A stretch of DNA of 64,000 nucleotides from Mayamaea pseudoterrestris. Lineage: Eukaryota. The notes beneath the pieces are model-generated. The model was not told the DNA's origin. It did no database searches and saw only the letters and a list, made by a program, of their open reading frames with translations. Every line of letters starts with the position of its first letter. The first letter of the stretch is position 1. The stretch is taken from the NCBI GenBank assembly GCA_027923505.1, contig BROI01000009.1:558001-622000 (forward strand). Reading direction: 5' to 3'. Both the position numbers and the translations under genes were made by a program. Below, in pieces: positions 22,346 through 33,690 of this stretch.

Positions 22346-23866
22346 ATGATTTCATCTTCCGCGCAAAATACCCCTCGCTTACTTATGCGTCGCTCTTTAT
22401 CAACGGCTGCAGCACTTCGGCGCAAGGCTATTGCCGTTTCCGGTGCTCCACCTTCAATTTCCGCCGTTGCTGAGTCCAGTGACGAAGCTCGCGCTCGAAA
22501 GACATCCATCATGATGAGTCAAGTCGGCTGCACTCGACGCGTATTTCTACTGGATCCATATTTGAATTCCGATGAAGTGGAAGGACTGGCGTATCGCATT
22601 CGCGCATTAACTAGGAACGATGCAATTAACAGCGTCTTGATTGCCACTGATGCTTCGGATAGCATGCTTCCAAGCAGTCTCGAGGACTTGGACTATCAGT
22701 ACCTACACAATGAAAGTGCGGATCCTGGATTTGGACCAGAGCCTGGAAAAACCTACTTTGTCGCGGGAGGCTACGATGCTCTTCGCTTGTATACGAGCGG
22801 CGCGTACCAGGACGGACGGCACCTTCAACAGCTCTTGACGGGTCTCAGTGACTTGGCGCTGGCTTGCAGAGGTGATGCATCTCGAACCAAGGTACCTGTC
22901 ATTACCGTTCCTCATGGAGCCGTGGAAGATGCTGGCTTTTCCTTATTAATGAGTTCATACGTCATGGCAACATCAGAAACTACTTATTCCATTCAAAACC
23001 CTTCCAAGGGATTGTCACTCGACCCTGTGGGCTTGAGCTACATGCTGCCACGTCTTGGCCAAGAATTCCAGCAACCTTCAGCTGCCTACCCAGGTTGTGG
23101 ACTGCTTCTTGGCCTTTTCGGATATGTGGCGGATGCCAATGATTTGGTCGAAACTGGTTTGGCGACTAACTTTATGGAATCAATCGTATCACTTGGCGAT
23201 TTTGAGCGCACACTGGCACAGATCCCTCCATGGAACCAGCAGGCGCTCGTGAAGAAGCCTGTCCGCTTCTACGGTTACCCGGAGCCTGCACTCGACCACA
23301 ATCATGCGTTTCGCAATGTTGCTGTCGCTGATGCTGTGCACTGCTTCTCGCGTCACCGAGCCGACGGAGCAGAAATGTGGAACAATATTGACGCTTGCGA
23401 CTTTGACGACCCGTCGCTCGAAACGGATCCGGTCCCATGGCACGAGGCTCGATCGAGTAGCTTGGTGGATTATGCGGCGACCTTTGACGAAATCTTTCGC
23501 AGCGAAACTACAGCGCATGGTCTGCGCGAGCGTTTCTGTGAAATCGCGGGCCGATTTACCAATGATCCAGAGGTTCAGGAGGGTATTGATGTAGCGGCAG
23601 ACTTTGTCGCACGATTGGACAGACAATCGCCGTTGGCTATTTCCGTCATCCACAAGCTGTTGACAATAGGTTCTGACAAGTGGGAAACGTTACGAAGCTG
23701 CATGGAGCGGGAGCGCAAGGTGCAGGCAAACATGTTCAAGCAGAATGATTTCAAGAATTGGGCGCAGTCGGCTGCAACGAAACCACAGGATAGGTTTGCG
23801 GGTTGGAAGCACAAAAGCTTGCGGGATGTCTTAGACGACGAGGTAACAGAACTGATAGAGTCATAA
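22346..23866 (+). CDS. Divergent 3-hydroxyisobutyryl-CoA hydrolase-like (crotonase fold) protein, probably mitochondrial
   Basis: Arg/Ser-rich presequence; KVPVITVPHGAVEDAG, GLSLDPVGLSYMLPRL, DLVETGLATNF and QSPLAI resemble the HIBCH/ECH_2 family. Confidence 0.65.
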   Translation: MISSSAQNTPRLLMRRSLSTAAALRRKAIAVSGAPPSISAVAESSDEARARKTSIMMSQVGCTRRVFLLDPYLNSDEVEGLAYRIRALTRNDAINSVLIATDASDSMLPSSLEDLDYQYLHNESADPGFGPEPGKTYFVAGGYDALRLYTSGAYQDGRHLQQLLTGLSDLALACRGDASRTKVPVITVPHGAVEDAGFSLLMSSYVMATSETTYSIQNPSKGLSLDPVGLSYMLPRLGQEFQQPSAAYPGCGLLLGLFGYVADANDLVETGLATNFMESIVSLGDFERTLAQIPPWNQQALVKKPVRFYGYPEPALDHNHAFRNVAVADAVHCFSRHRADGAEMWNNIDACDFDDPSLETDPVPWHEARSSSLVDYAATFDEIFRSETTAHGLRERFCEIAGRFTNDPEVQEGIDVAADFVARLDRQSPLAISVIHKLLTIGSDKWETLRSCMERERKVQANMFKQNDFKNWAQSAATKPQDRFAGWKHKSLRDVLDDEVTELIES

Positions 23867-24052
23867 GACGTCGGTAGAGTTGAATTAACTATCATACATG
23901 GTGGTTAAAATATCGTTGGAGTACTTGTACTATACACAGTAAACACACTTGCAGTGCATGCACCCTGCAAATGCCACGAAAAAGCGTATGTCGCAGCGTT
24001 ACACCGTCTTTCATGACGCCCCGTCCACTCAACTTTCTCGTCGTCGACAACC

Positions 24053-25003
24053 ATGAGAGCCTCGTCAACCGCTGCGCGCAGCAAGCGAGTCTGGAAGCAA
24101 TCATTTCCATACGAGGTCGACTACAATGATCATTTCGAGACGCCTCTTCGAGCTTACGAGGATATCAAGCCATTTGTTGACTTGTTGTTTCAGACGCAGA
24201 CGCAGCAGCGACTTGCCGACAAACAATGTAACAACGACGACAATATTACACGTCTTTTGCCGTCACCAACGCCAGTCATTTACGATCCATACTACTGCGA
24301 TGGTCGAGCTGCAGCTCTTTTGCGACAAGCTGGATTTTCCGGGGTAGTCCACGAGAAACGAGACTTTTATCAAGACATTCGCATCCACTCAGTTCCACAC
24401 CATGATGTCGTAGTTACCAATCCGCCCTACAGCGACAAGCACAAGCAGCGCTGCTTCGAATTTTGCTTTCGACAACTGCAAAAGCACAACAAGCCATTCT
24501 TTGTACTATTACCAGCCTATGTGGCAGCGCGGCAATACTATAAATTGATGCTCGAGCAGTATATCAACGATTGTGCTGTGATATACTTGATTCCAGCCAT
24601 CAACTACGAGTTTTCGCATCCGGAAGGAACCGGGCATAAAACGAGTCCTTTCCAAAGTCTCTGGTTTTGTGGCATTCGTCGGGAGAATATTGGCACCATT
24701 CATGAGGATTGGAAGGGCTTGCAGCACCAAGCAACCAGTTGTTCGTTGCCAACCTTGGCCACCAGCATTAGTGAGCTGGAACAGGTCCGCGTCATTTCAA
24801 CGTCGAAACGACCTAATCCAAAGCAGCGTAGAAAGAAGCGAGATTGTTGTGCAGCGGCGGTGGAGGATGAGGGTGGAGCGGCGCCTACAGCGCTACCAGC
24901 ATCTGTTAAGACGATGTCATCCAACAAGGAAGCTGCGTCCTCAACTCAAATTACGGCCAAGTGGAGGGACGAAAGAGGAAAACGATCGAGAAGACGTTTT
25001 TGA
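24053..25003 (+). CDS. NPPY-motif (N6-adenine-type) methyltransferase-like protein
   Basis: DHFETP, IYDPYYCDG (motif I-like), RDFY, DVVVTNPPYS (motif IV), KPFFVLLP; basic C-terminal tail. Confidence 0.65.
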   Translation: MRASSTAARSKRVWKQSFPYEVDYNDHFETPLRAYEDIKPFVDLLFQTQTQQRLADKQCNNDDNITRLLPSPTPVIYDPYYCDGRAAALLRQAGFSGVVHEKRDFYQDIRIHSVPHHDVVVTNPPYSDKHKQRCFEFCFRQLQKHNKPFFVLLPAYVAARQYYKLMLEQYINDCAVIYLIPAINYEFSHPEGTGHKTSPFQSLWFCGIRRENIGTIHEDWKGLQHQATSCSLPTLATSISELEQVRVISTSKRPNPKQRRKKRDCCAAAVEDEGGAAPTALPASVKTMSSNKEAASSTQITAKWRDERGKRSRRRF

Positions 25004-25583
25004 TAAAAATTATGAGATCTTTTTTGTCGTTTCCGACGAAACACTAGATTCAAGTAATACTCATTTAGGTGTCCATGTGGCGGGCAACAAGGCCTCATGT
25101 ATCGAAGTTACTGACACTCTACCATCCGACTTCTTTTAGTTTTGCGGGGCAAAGCAAGAGCTGGCATGTTGGCGATTGTGATCAACTAATTCGGATCATC
25201 TGTTGGCTTGGAGTTATGTACTTCCAAGTGAGCTCAATTCCTGCCTACCAAAGACAGTGGACTGTTACTATAGTTGCACTTTGTGGCATTTCTTGGTTGA
25301 GTTTTCATAGCTTTAATTTTAGTATTAAAAGAAAGGAGGCCACTTATACGCTGCTTGCTGGTGCATGCTTTGGCCACTTGATCGGCAGTTATATTCTGAA
25401 AACTCGTTCATTATATTAAATTAACAACTATTTTATATCTCCGATGCTCTCATACACGTTTATTGTCTTCGTAAAAATGATAAGTCTGACCTCGCCCCTT
25501 TTGCTGTTTCAAATTGTATTCGCTGTCATCTTTCAGTGAATGTAGAACGGGGCAACATATCAGGTTGCTCCTATAACAAAGTT

Positions 25584-27886
25584 CTACTCGTCAGCCGCTG
25601 GGTACGTCGCTTGGTAGGAATTAAGTCGAGTCGAAGCCGACGTGGCACGATTCTGGACATGACGCATTGCGCTCATATCGCCTCGCTGCATGTCTTGGGC
25701 CGTACAAACACTCGACCGCTTGCGGTAACTTGAGGCGGCCTTTTTCGTTGATTCCTTGATGTCTGCAGTAAATGGAGAGGACTTCAATATGTCGCACATA
25801 ATTTGCGTGTTGGTGTAAAAGAGCACACCCATGATCTGCCGCATCTGCTGCGCATTATATACGGAACCCGTTTCATATGCGCGGTCAGTGAAATATTTCT
25901 TGAAAAATGAACACAAAAGAATCAGAGACTTGGCTGACAATGGCAAGACAGGCTGTGTACCTTTATTGAAGCAGTGCACTACGTCGTATAGTGCTGTATG
26001 AGTCTGGTCATATTTGAATTGGTTCAAATGGATTGCTTTAGTGAAGGCCGCGTAGACTCTTGACTTTGGTTTCGTTGCGCCAGACTTCAAAGTGCTAATT
26101 AATTTTAGCTCGTCTTCCCCGAGGATCTTTCGAAATTCCTTGCCGGTTGCGTCGTAACTGTTTATATTCAAACAAGGGTCATCTTCGGTAAGGTTCATGG
26201 TTTGGAGAACCATATGAACCTCGTTTTCCGGCATGGCTTTGACATGCTTCATCATTGTGGCCAAGTACTTTTTGGGTCCCTCCAAAGTCGTCACGTCTAG
26301 AATCCACTTCGTTTTACGCTTTCCACAATAGTTATTGTGCTTTCTTGCAATTGTACCTATGCATGCGATGTAAAGAGCCAGAAAAAGAATCAGTCATGTT
26401 CAATAACCATGTGTCTGTCACCGCCATGCATTTCTTGTTCGTAATGAGACTTACCAGACGCTTTTTCAGCGGCCAAATTAGGGTACATGCATTTGACAAC
26501 CCGGCATGACATTTTTGCGTACTCATTGTTAACGGCAACCGAGCCAGCCGCCTTGTCAAAACTGTCTTTGCGTCGTACCCAAGAAGGACATTTCTCAAAC
26601 TCCTTGTCGCTGTCAGTCAAGCCAGCAATATCATCATGGGCGACAATTTCGCGCTGCTTGAGAGGCAAACTTTCATCCTCGTCACTGCCCGCCAAACCAG
26701 CAGCATCGCCATTATTGTGAATCTTGCGCTGTACACAAGGCCAACGCTTCTCCTGGTCCATGCCTCTCTCGTCAGTGGAATTACACGTGCGCTGTGTGCG
26801 TGGAGGTGTATCATCCTCGACTGCTGTGCTGGCGACAATGTTACTGTTCTTCTCGGCCAAACGACAAACATTGACTTGCTTGAAAGAACGACCGTCATCC
26901 TGCTCAATGTTAAACGTCGCCGAATCAGCAAACTTGCTTTTAAATGAGCGCTTGGCAGTTTTGCTTGGAGGTGTATCATCCTCGACTGCTGTGCTGGCGC
27001 CGTTGTTACTGTTCACCCCCGCCGAACGACGAGCATTGACTTGCTTGAAAGAATGTCCGTCATCCTGCTCAATGTCAAACGTCGCCGAGTCAGCAAACTT
27101 GCTTTTGAATGCGCGCTTGGCATTTTTGCTTGGAGGTGTATCATCCTCGACTGCTGTGCTGGCGCTGGCGCCATAGTCAATGCTCTCCTCCTCCGAGCAA
27201 ACAGACATGTCTTGCTCAAGAATCATATGGCCAAACCGCTGATAACCATTTGTTGTCGAGCCAGTGCATGCGCGCTTGTGTTGGTCACTATCATCCTCCG
27301 AATCTGAGGTGATAGTATTTTTGTGCTGCATTGATGCGCGTTTCTTGGCGTAAGCACTTGTGATCGGTATGCGAGAACCAAGCTCTTCTTCAGAATCAGA
27401 GTCATAGAGATCAAGATTCCGTTTCTTTGGGCTATCAGTCGCGGATGCTTTGTGAAGCCGTTTGAAAGTAACACTTCGACCATAGGCGCAGCTTGCCTTG
27501 AGGGTTTCGATAGCTGGTTTGGGGGGCGGACTCTCCTCAAAGCTTCCTTCATCACAACTGTAGAAGCTCTCTTCATCGCTGCGTTCAGCAATGGCCAAGC
27601 AGCTGCCCTTGTTGTTCATTGTCGTGATCGAGTCGCCATCGACGACAACAATTTGGCGACTCTCCTGGTCGCTCACCTTCTCGCTGCCACTCGTTTTGAC
27701 GTGAGTGCTCATAGGAATAAAGCTATTTTCCTTCCGCGCTTGCAGCTTTGCACTGGGTGCGATTGCGCGACGAGCCAATGGACGGTGGGCTTCTCCGCCA
27801 TCGAGAAGGTAGTCACCGTCCATTGACATTCCAGGGGCCGAACCCCGGCCCCGATTGTTTGATTTTGTTGAATTTGTCGCCATCAT
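25584..27886 (-). CDS. Hypothetical protein: disordered repeat-bearing exon 1 plus conserved exon 2 (intron 26357..26454)
   Basis: GTAAGT donor and CATAG acceptor (phase 1) fuse ORFs 26390..27886 and 25584..26294. Confidence 0.75.
26802..27165 (-). repeat. Coding tandem repeat, 165-bp (55-aa) unit, about 2.2 copies
   Basis: GGAGGTGTATCATCCTCGACTGCTGTGCTGGCG at 26802, 26967 and 27132. Confidence 0.9.
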
Positions 27887-28489
27887 TTGTCGAGTTTTAA
27901 AGCGTAGTATACTCTGTGCTGCTGGAGATGGATGCTGACTTGATTGTTACTCTCTTGTTGCTGCTGCTGCTGGTGCTCTTTTTGTGACGGCCGATCGATC
28001 ATCGCCACCGTCTTTCAGCGACGATCAGGCGTCCGGCCGGCGTGACAAGAATGAAGGCGTCATGCTGACGTCATCTTGACGTCTTGATGACGTGGAATCT
28101 TTTTATTCCCGCTTTCTTTTATTTTCTGCAGAAACGCGCGTTGTTTTGCCGCTCGACCAAGCGCCTTGTTCACGCCCGTTCCTGATGTTGGCACCCAAAT
28201 AATCATTACACCAGAAGGCTGCCAACTTGATCATGATCATTTAGGATGCGCTACAAGACGGTATACCTGGCTAATGTCTCAGTACACTGCAATGTGACTG
28301 GTGAGATCTTCTCACCACTCTCAGCCCACAGATGCTCTGACGCTCTGACAGTCAAGTGCCCATACATCATGTTATGTACTCGCTTAAATCACACCAGAAT
28401 GGTGCTAACATCATTATCAAGACTGCGCTACGATATATAATGCCTGCTGGTGTTTCTGTGGACTGCAATGTGACTCGTTTGAACGGGTC

Positions 28490-31330
28490 AAGGAAGCGAT
28501 AACGCAGACGTAATGCTTTTATTCCCCGATTTCAACAAGCCATTCGACGTGCATGGCGACTCGCAACTAGGGCTGGTACGTCACAAGGAGGAAGACCAAT
28601 CGCATTCGAACGAGAGATGCTCGGTGCTCGGTATTGTGGAGGCGCTCAAGGAATACAGAAACGTTTTGCTTGGTCAAGAGGTACGCATTCACAACTCACA
28701 CGGATCATTTAAACAACATCAATCCAACGACGCGGCATCAATCGAATTGCATTCAAAGATGGAGATGGTTATTGAAAGAATACGGACCAACGTTCTATTA
28801 CATCAAAGGAGGAGACAACAAGATTGCCGACGCATTGAGTCGTGTACCCATTGAAACAGAAAGGGCTAAAACGGACGCCTCAAACGAAACATCCTTTACC
28901 ATCGTGGATGCAACAAGCTCCCACGCTCGTGTCTTACAAATGGCAAAAGCACTTGCAAAGTTATCAAGCATTTTCAATCAGGTATATACGGATGCCGCAA
29001 GCTACCAATCGTCGAGGAACAAACAATTAACAAGCAGTCGAGTCGAAAGGAACCGACGGCCGCGGCAAGAGATGCGAAGGAAAAGGAACAAGACGCCTCC
29101 ATCTATCCACTGCAGCTGCAAAACATCGCCAAAGCTCAAGCACAAGACGCAGAGCTACAAGCTGGATTCGCGCGCGTGATACCTCACGTGGAGCTTACCA
29201 AAGTCGCACCGGTTGAATGGGCTTCGCTTATCATCGTACCGGTACTCCGTGTTAATTCACACGATAATTCGACGGAGAGCTGCACTTGAGTCAACTATAG
29301 ACCAGTTTGACGCGTTAAGGCCACTATTATCGGACCATAACATGCGTTAATGCCACGGATGAGATTGATGAATAATAGTTGCCTTAACGACATAGGGATC
29401 ATGAGTAATTCTCCTCGCAGTGGTACGTTGCCTCGAGCATGCTCGGTAGAATTTGGTTCGATCAAACCAAAGAGCTCTTTCAACACCGGCGAAAAGTCGT
29501 CCATACACAAACGTGATCATGAAAGATATCATATTTAGCGATTCGTCAACCAAAGGATCGGCTAGTGCGTCAATATAAACGTTTTGGGCAAGTGCTCGTT
29601 CCATGCCGCCGTTACAAAACTGGAAAGACGAAGACAAGTATGAGGCGCTAAGGCCACTATTATTGGATGAAATTGAGCATACACATGCCATGGATGCAAT
29701 TGATGAATAATAGTGGCCTTAACGACGTTGGATGGTGAGTTTATTTGCCTCAGAAGAGCTCATAAAATTGTCGCTCTGGTTGCTGCCTCCATTTACGACC
29801 TTTAAAGGGTACACTTTCCGCATGTCGCGTCAACGGTGTGTTGATTATATGATGACCAATGAGTCGATAGCTGGATTCCTTACTTGGATCATTATCGGAG
29901 GCATTGTATTCCATTTGACACCGGCAAGGGAGCGCGCAAATGAATCCTTTACATTGCAGCGGGTCTCACATACTCAAACAAGCTCCGATTGACTTAATTT
30001 TAGCGTCATATACACTGGATGATTGTATTGTATAAGCCTGTGTAGTCTATATTGCTGCGTTACCTATATAAAACATGACCGGCGGGATCATGACCAGCTT
30101 GTCATGGTGATGGTCCGTTTTCGACTGTCTGCCCTTGGTGCGTCATGATCGAGTTGTGTGGTGGATAATCAGTGCCGGAACGACGTTGGTAATGGCTACG
30201 TGAGGTATCGCGCGCGCGAATCCAGCTTGTACAACAAGAGCTTGCGAGACGACCAGAACACTTTCCAAAGCGACGGATCGAACGGACAGAACTCATTTCG
30301 TTCAATGGCAAGATTTATGTGCCACTGCCTTCGCGATTATCAATATTGCAATGGTATCACGAATCATGTTGTCACCCTGGTATGAGCCGCCTGGAAGCGA
30401 CGATACGACGGCACTTGGTCTGGCCAACCATGCGGCAGTCTGTTGAGTCGTTTGTACGCAGTTGTCACGTTTGCCAGCTTTACAAGGCGACGAGGCCACA
30501 TTACGGTGAGATTCCACCAAGGGAAACGGAGTATCATCCATGGCACACCGTTTGTGTCGACAGTTACGGACCTTTCGCCGTCAAGAATAGCAACAATCAG
30601 GAAGAGTACACGCTTAACGCGATTACGATGGCAGGTCTAAGTACAGGATGGTTCGGAATCGCTGCCGTTGAAGATAAAGGAGCAGCGACGGCAGCCGAAA
30701 CGTTCGATCACGTTTGGCTTTGCAGATATCCACGACCAGTGCAATGTATACATGATAACGGACCAGAATACAATGGAGCAATGGAGCAGCGTTTACAGAG
30801 ATGCTCGACAGCTACGGCATTCAAAATTTTAAAAATCCACGAGCAAACGTTGTCAAAAGGATCCATCGAACGCTCGGCAATATGCTTCGCACGTGCCAGG
30901 TACAAGACTATCAATTCGATCAAGAGGATCCTTGGGCGCCCATATTAGCCAAGTGTGCTTGGGCAATCGAACAACAGCGCATACGGTATTAGGAGCGACA
31001 CCAGAGAGCTCATCTTTGGCAGATCAATGTTATTCGATTTATCCTTTCAAGTCAATCGGAACGAATAGCAAGCGCGCAAAAAGTGCAACAACGCGAGAAC
31101 GCCAAGCGATTACGATTTGAATATAAAGCAGGCGACAAAGTCTTATTAATACTCGAGGGAGGCATCTTGCAGAAGAAGAAGAGCAGCAGCTGCGCAACGG
31201 TCCTTACCAGGTTACTAAAGTCTATACGAATGGCACCGTAAAGATCCAACGAGCACCAGTGGCTCAGAAGGTTTCCATCAGACGCCTATCACCTTACTTT
31301 GAATCTAACGCCACCATCCGGGAAGCGAAA
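28490..31330 (+). mobile_element. Decayed Ty3/gypsy pol remnant (RNase H, integrase, GPY/F tail), frameshifted and interrupted by a TIR element
   Basis: LFPDFNKPFDVH, IVEALKEYRNVLLG, RWRWLLKEYGPTFYYIKGGDNKIADALSR, HxxxxHPG...CHVCQ, PWHTVCVDSYGPF, IHDNGPEY, GPYQVTKVYTNGTVKIQR. RNase H precedes integrase. No LTR pair found. Confidence 0.9.
29158..30229. mobile_element. Non-autonomous TIR DNA transposon (MITE-like), 1072 bp, TA target-site duplication
   Basis: 32-bp TIRs at 29158..29189 and 30198..30229 with one mismatch; TA at 29156-57 and 30230-31. Removing it restores the gypsy reading frame. Confidence 0.9.
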
Positions 31331-31456
31331 TAACGTACCCTGTAGACAGGAGCGCTTACGGGGAGCTTAATAGGAGAGCAACTCGAAGCCCGCACGGTCG
31401 ACTGACCATTACTTTTATTGCATTACCTCACAGTCTTGCAGATACAAGAAACCGAC

Positions 31457-31930
31457 ATGGTGTTTACTACTCTTGCTCGGTTCATTGCGCTCGCATTTCC
31501 TTTGGTCAATGCTGGAGCAGGAACAGGGCACCCCGCATCAACAGTGGCATTTGCTGCACCTCCTCCCCCTCGTGTAAGCGGCTGCGCTCCCTTTTGGACC
31601 GCTCCAATTGTCACTTCCGCCGCCATTCTGATGACATCGAGTGCTGCTTTTGCTGGTGAAGCAAACTTGTTGAATGGAGCAACACTGTTTCAAGCCAACT
31701 GCGCCGGCTGCCATGCCAATGGCATGAACTTTATTTCGGAAAAGAAGAATCTCAAAAAGGAGGCGCTCGTCAAGTACCAGAGTCTCGACCAAGCACAGCT
31801 CCAGCAGTTTGTGCAGCAGAAAATGCCTCACAAACTGCTGCCGTTTTCCAAAACGATGACGGACGAGAACTACTTTGATGCGACGAGTTACGTCTTGGAT
31901 CAAGCCTTGAACGAAAAGTGGGGTGTATAA
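31457..31930 (+). CDS. Cytochrome c6-like protein, plastid lumen-targeted
   Basis: Long presequence ending in AFA; GATLFQANCAGCHANGMN (CxxCH), KNLKKEAL, SYVLDQA..W as in the PetJ family. Confidence 0.8.
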   Translation: MVFTTLARFIALAFPLVNAGAGTGHPASTVAFAAPPPPRVSGCAPFWTAPIVTSAAILMTSSAAFAGEANLLNGATLFQANCAGCHANGMNFISEKKNLKKEALVKYQSLDQAQLQQFVQQKMPHKLLPFSKTMTDENYFDATSYVLDQALNEKWGV

Positions 31931-32248
31931 AGGAACAAGTACTCTGAGCGTACTGGTGCAAACAATGTAAGCGATATAAAATGATACCATTTACGTGTTG
32001 AACAATTCGTAGTATGTATTATTAGTAAGCCGAACTAGTGATGAGGCGAGACTACCACGTACCACGTCCAACAATGAAATGCCACCGACTGTTAGACAAT
32101 CACATGTGGCTAGTGAGGTGCGCGTCAACGTAAAGACGTACGTCGTAGAACATTTGATAATTAGTTCGTTTTAAATACGCTTATAGTTTAAAGTGAAGGC
32201 TTGCTAAATGTGCAAAACTCATGCGACGTTCCCGATCTGACAATGGTC

Positions 32249-33345
32249 CTATCCCAAAAGCTTGGCCACCTCCTTGGCGCAAAGCTCCGACGACTGTGGA
32301 TTCTGTCCAGTCACCAATTTGCCATCGACGCAAACCTTGGGCGACCAGTCATCTCCCTTTTCGTACTTGCCGCCCAGCTCCTTGAGTTTCGACTCGAGAA
32401 GGAACGGCACCTTGTTTTCGAGCTTGACAGCCTTCTCCTCTGAATTAGAAAAGCCTGTGACCGTTTTGCCAGACACCAAGCTTTTTCCATCCGCAGTAAC
32501 GCACTGCACCAGTCCATTGGGTCCATGACAGACGGCGGCGACAACCTGGCCAGCCCCCCAAACCTTTTCAATGGCCTGCTTCAACTCAAGCAATCCGACA
32601 AAGTCGACGCAGGTTCCATGTCCACCAGCAAGGAAAATAGCATCCACGCCTCCAAAGTCAATATCGGCGATTGGCTGACTATTCTGCAACTTTCGTTGGG
32701 CGTCTTCGTCCTGCATGAATCGTTTCGAAACGGCTCCGTAGGCGTCACCCTGTAGACTGGCTGGATCAATGGGAATTTCGCCTCCGCGAATGCTGGCAAC
32801 TACTACCTGGTAGCCCTTTTCGCGAAAGACTGCGCAATCATGGTGAGAAAACACGGAACGAGAGTCTGTGAGCGACGGGTTCTGACTGTGAATTCTGATG
32901 CAATAGTGCATCATTCCTGCCAATGAGCGAAATGTATCGTCCAGCCATGACGTACCATAGTATGGAGCGGCAAGTTCCTCGATCCACAGACCCGTTTTGT
33001 GACCGTCAAGGTCGTTGGCGGAAGTGCTGACAATGACAACTTTAGGCTGTAGCAAGTGTAAATGAGGCGTCCATACTGAGTGAGGAGTGACGACACAAAT
33101 GCCTTGACATCGCATCGCAATACATGGTCGTACGATAACATGACTTTGATATGCACCGCACGACACGTCTCGTCGGAGCGGACAGCAAGCTCTTACAAGG
33201 CACAATGACCAAAGGCAAGGACGACCATGTCATGGAAACAAAGCGAACCGACCGACACTGGACGTGGGACATGAATGAATCATGTCATTTGCTTTCGGTC
33301 TTGATTCTGTACACCTTGGAGACGCTACCGGTAGCTACTTACCAT
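32249..33345 (-). CDS. DJ-1/PfpI family protein (Hsp31-like); intron 32830..32955 and a probable ATG-only first exon (intron 33047..33342)
   Basis: TGLWIEELAAPYY, DAIFLAGGHG, AAVCHGP, VTGFSNSEE, VTGQNPQS. The 5' exon is uncertain. Confidence 0.85.
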
Positions 33346-33690
33346 GATCTGTAAGTAGTGTTAAGATTTGCGGACGATTGAATACGAAAGCTTTGTATGA
33401 TATACAGTATGATGTATCGATTGTTGTGATGACGACGGCTATTCGAAGGAGGCCCAGGAAAGATCGCGCGAGATCCTCCGCGGATGGAAGATCGTCGAAC
33501 CATTGATAACCGCTGCGATGGCGCGTCACCCTAGCAGCCGGCAGACATGAACCATCGGAAATGGCTTGGCCGTCATTCACAAACTTCCTCCCGACCTACT
33601 TGCACTGTGACTTTCCTTGGCGAAATACGCAGTACACATCTGTCAGTAGCAGCCTTGCATTGTCAGTTATTAATCAATCCCATTAAAATC

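Noticed and set aside
29313..29724. Integron attC sites
   Set aside because: Ends are in the opposite order to RYYYAAC...GTTRRRY and do not fit the consensus; no integrase; eukaryotic TE context.
31310..31420. 3' LTR of the gypsy remnant
   Set aside because: A purine-rich stretch follows pol, but no matching upstream LTR or TSD is visible in the window.
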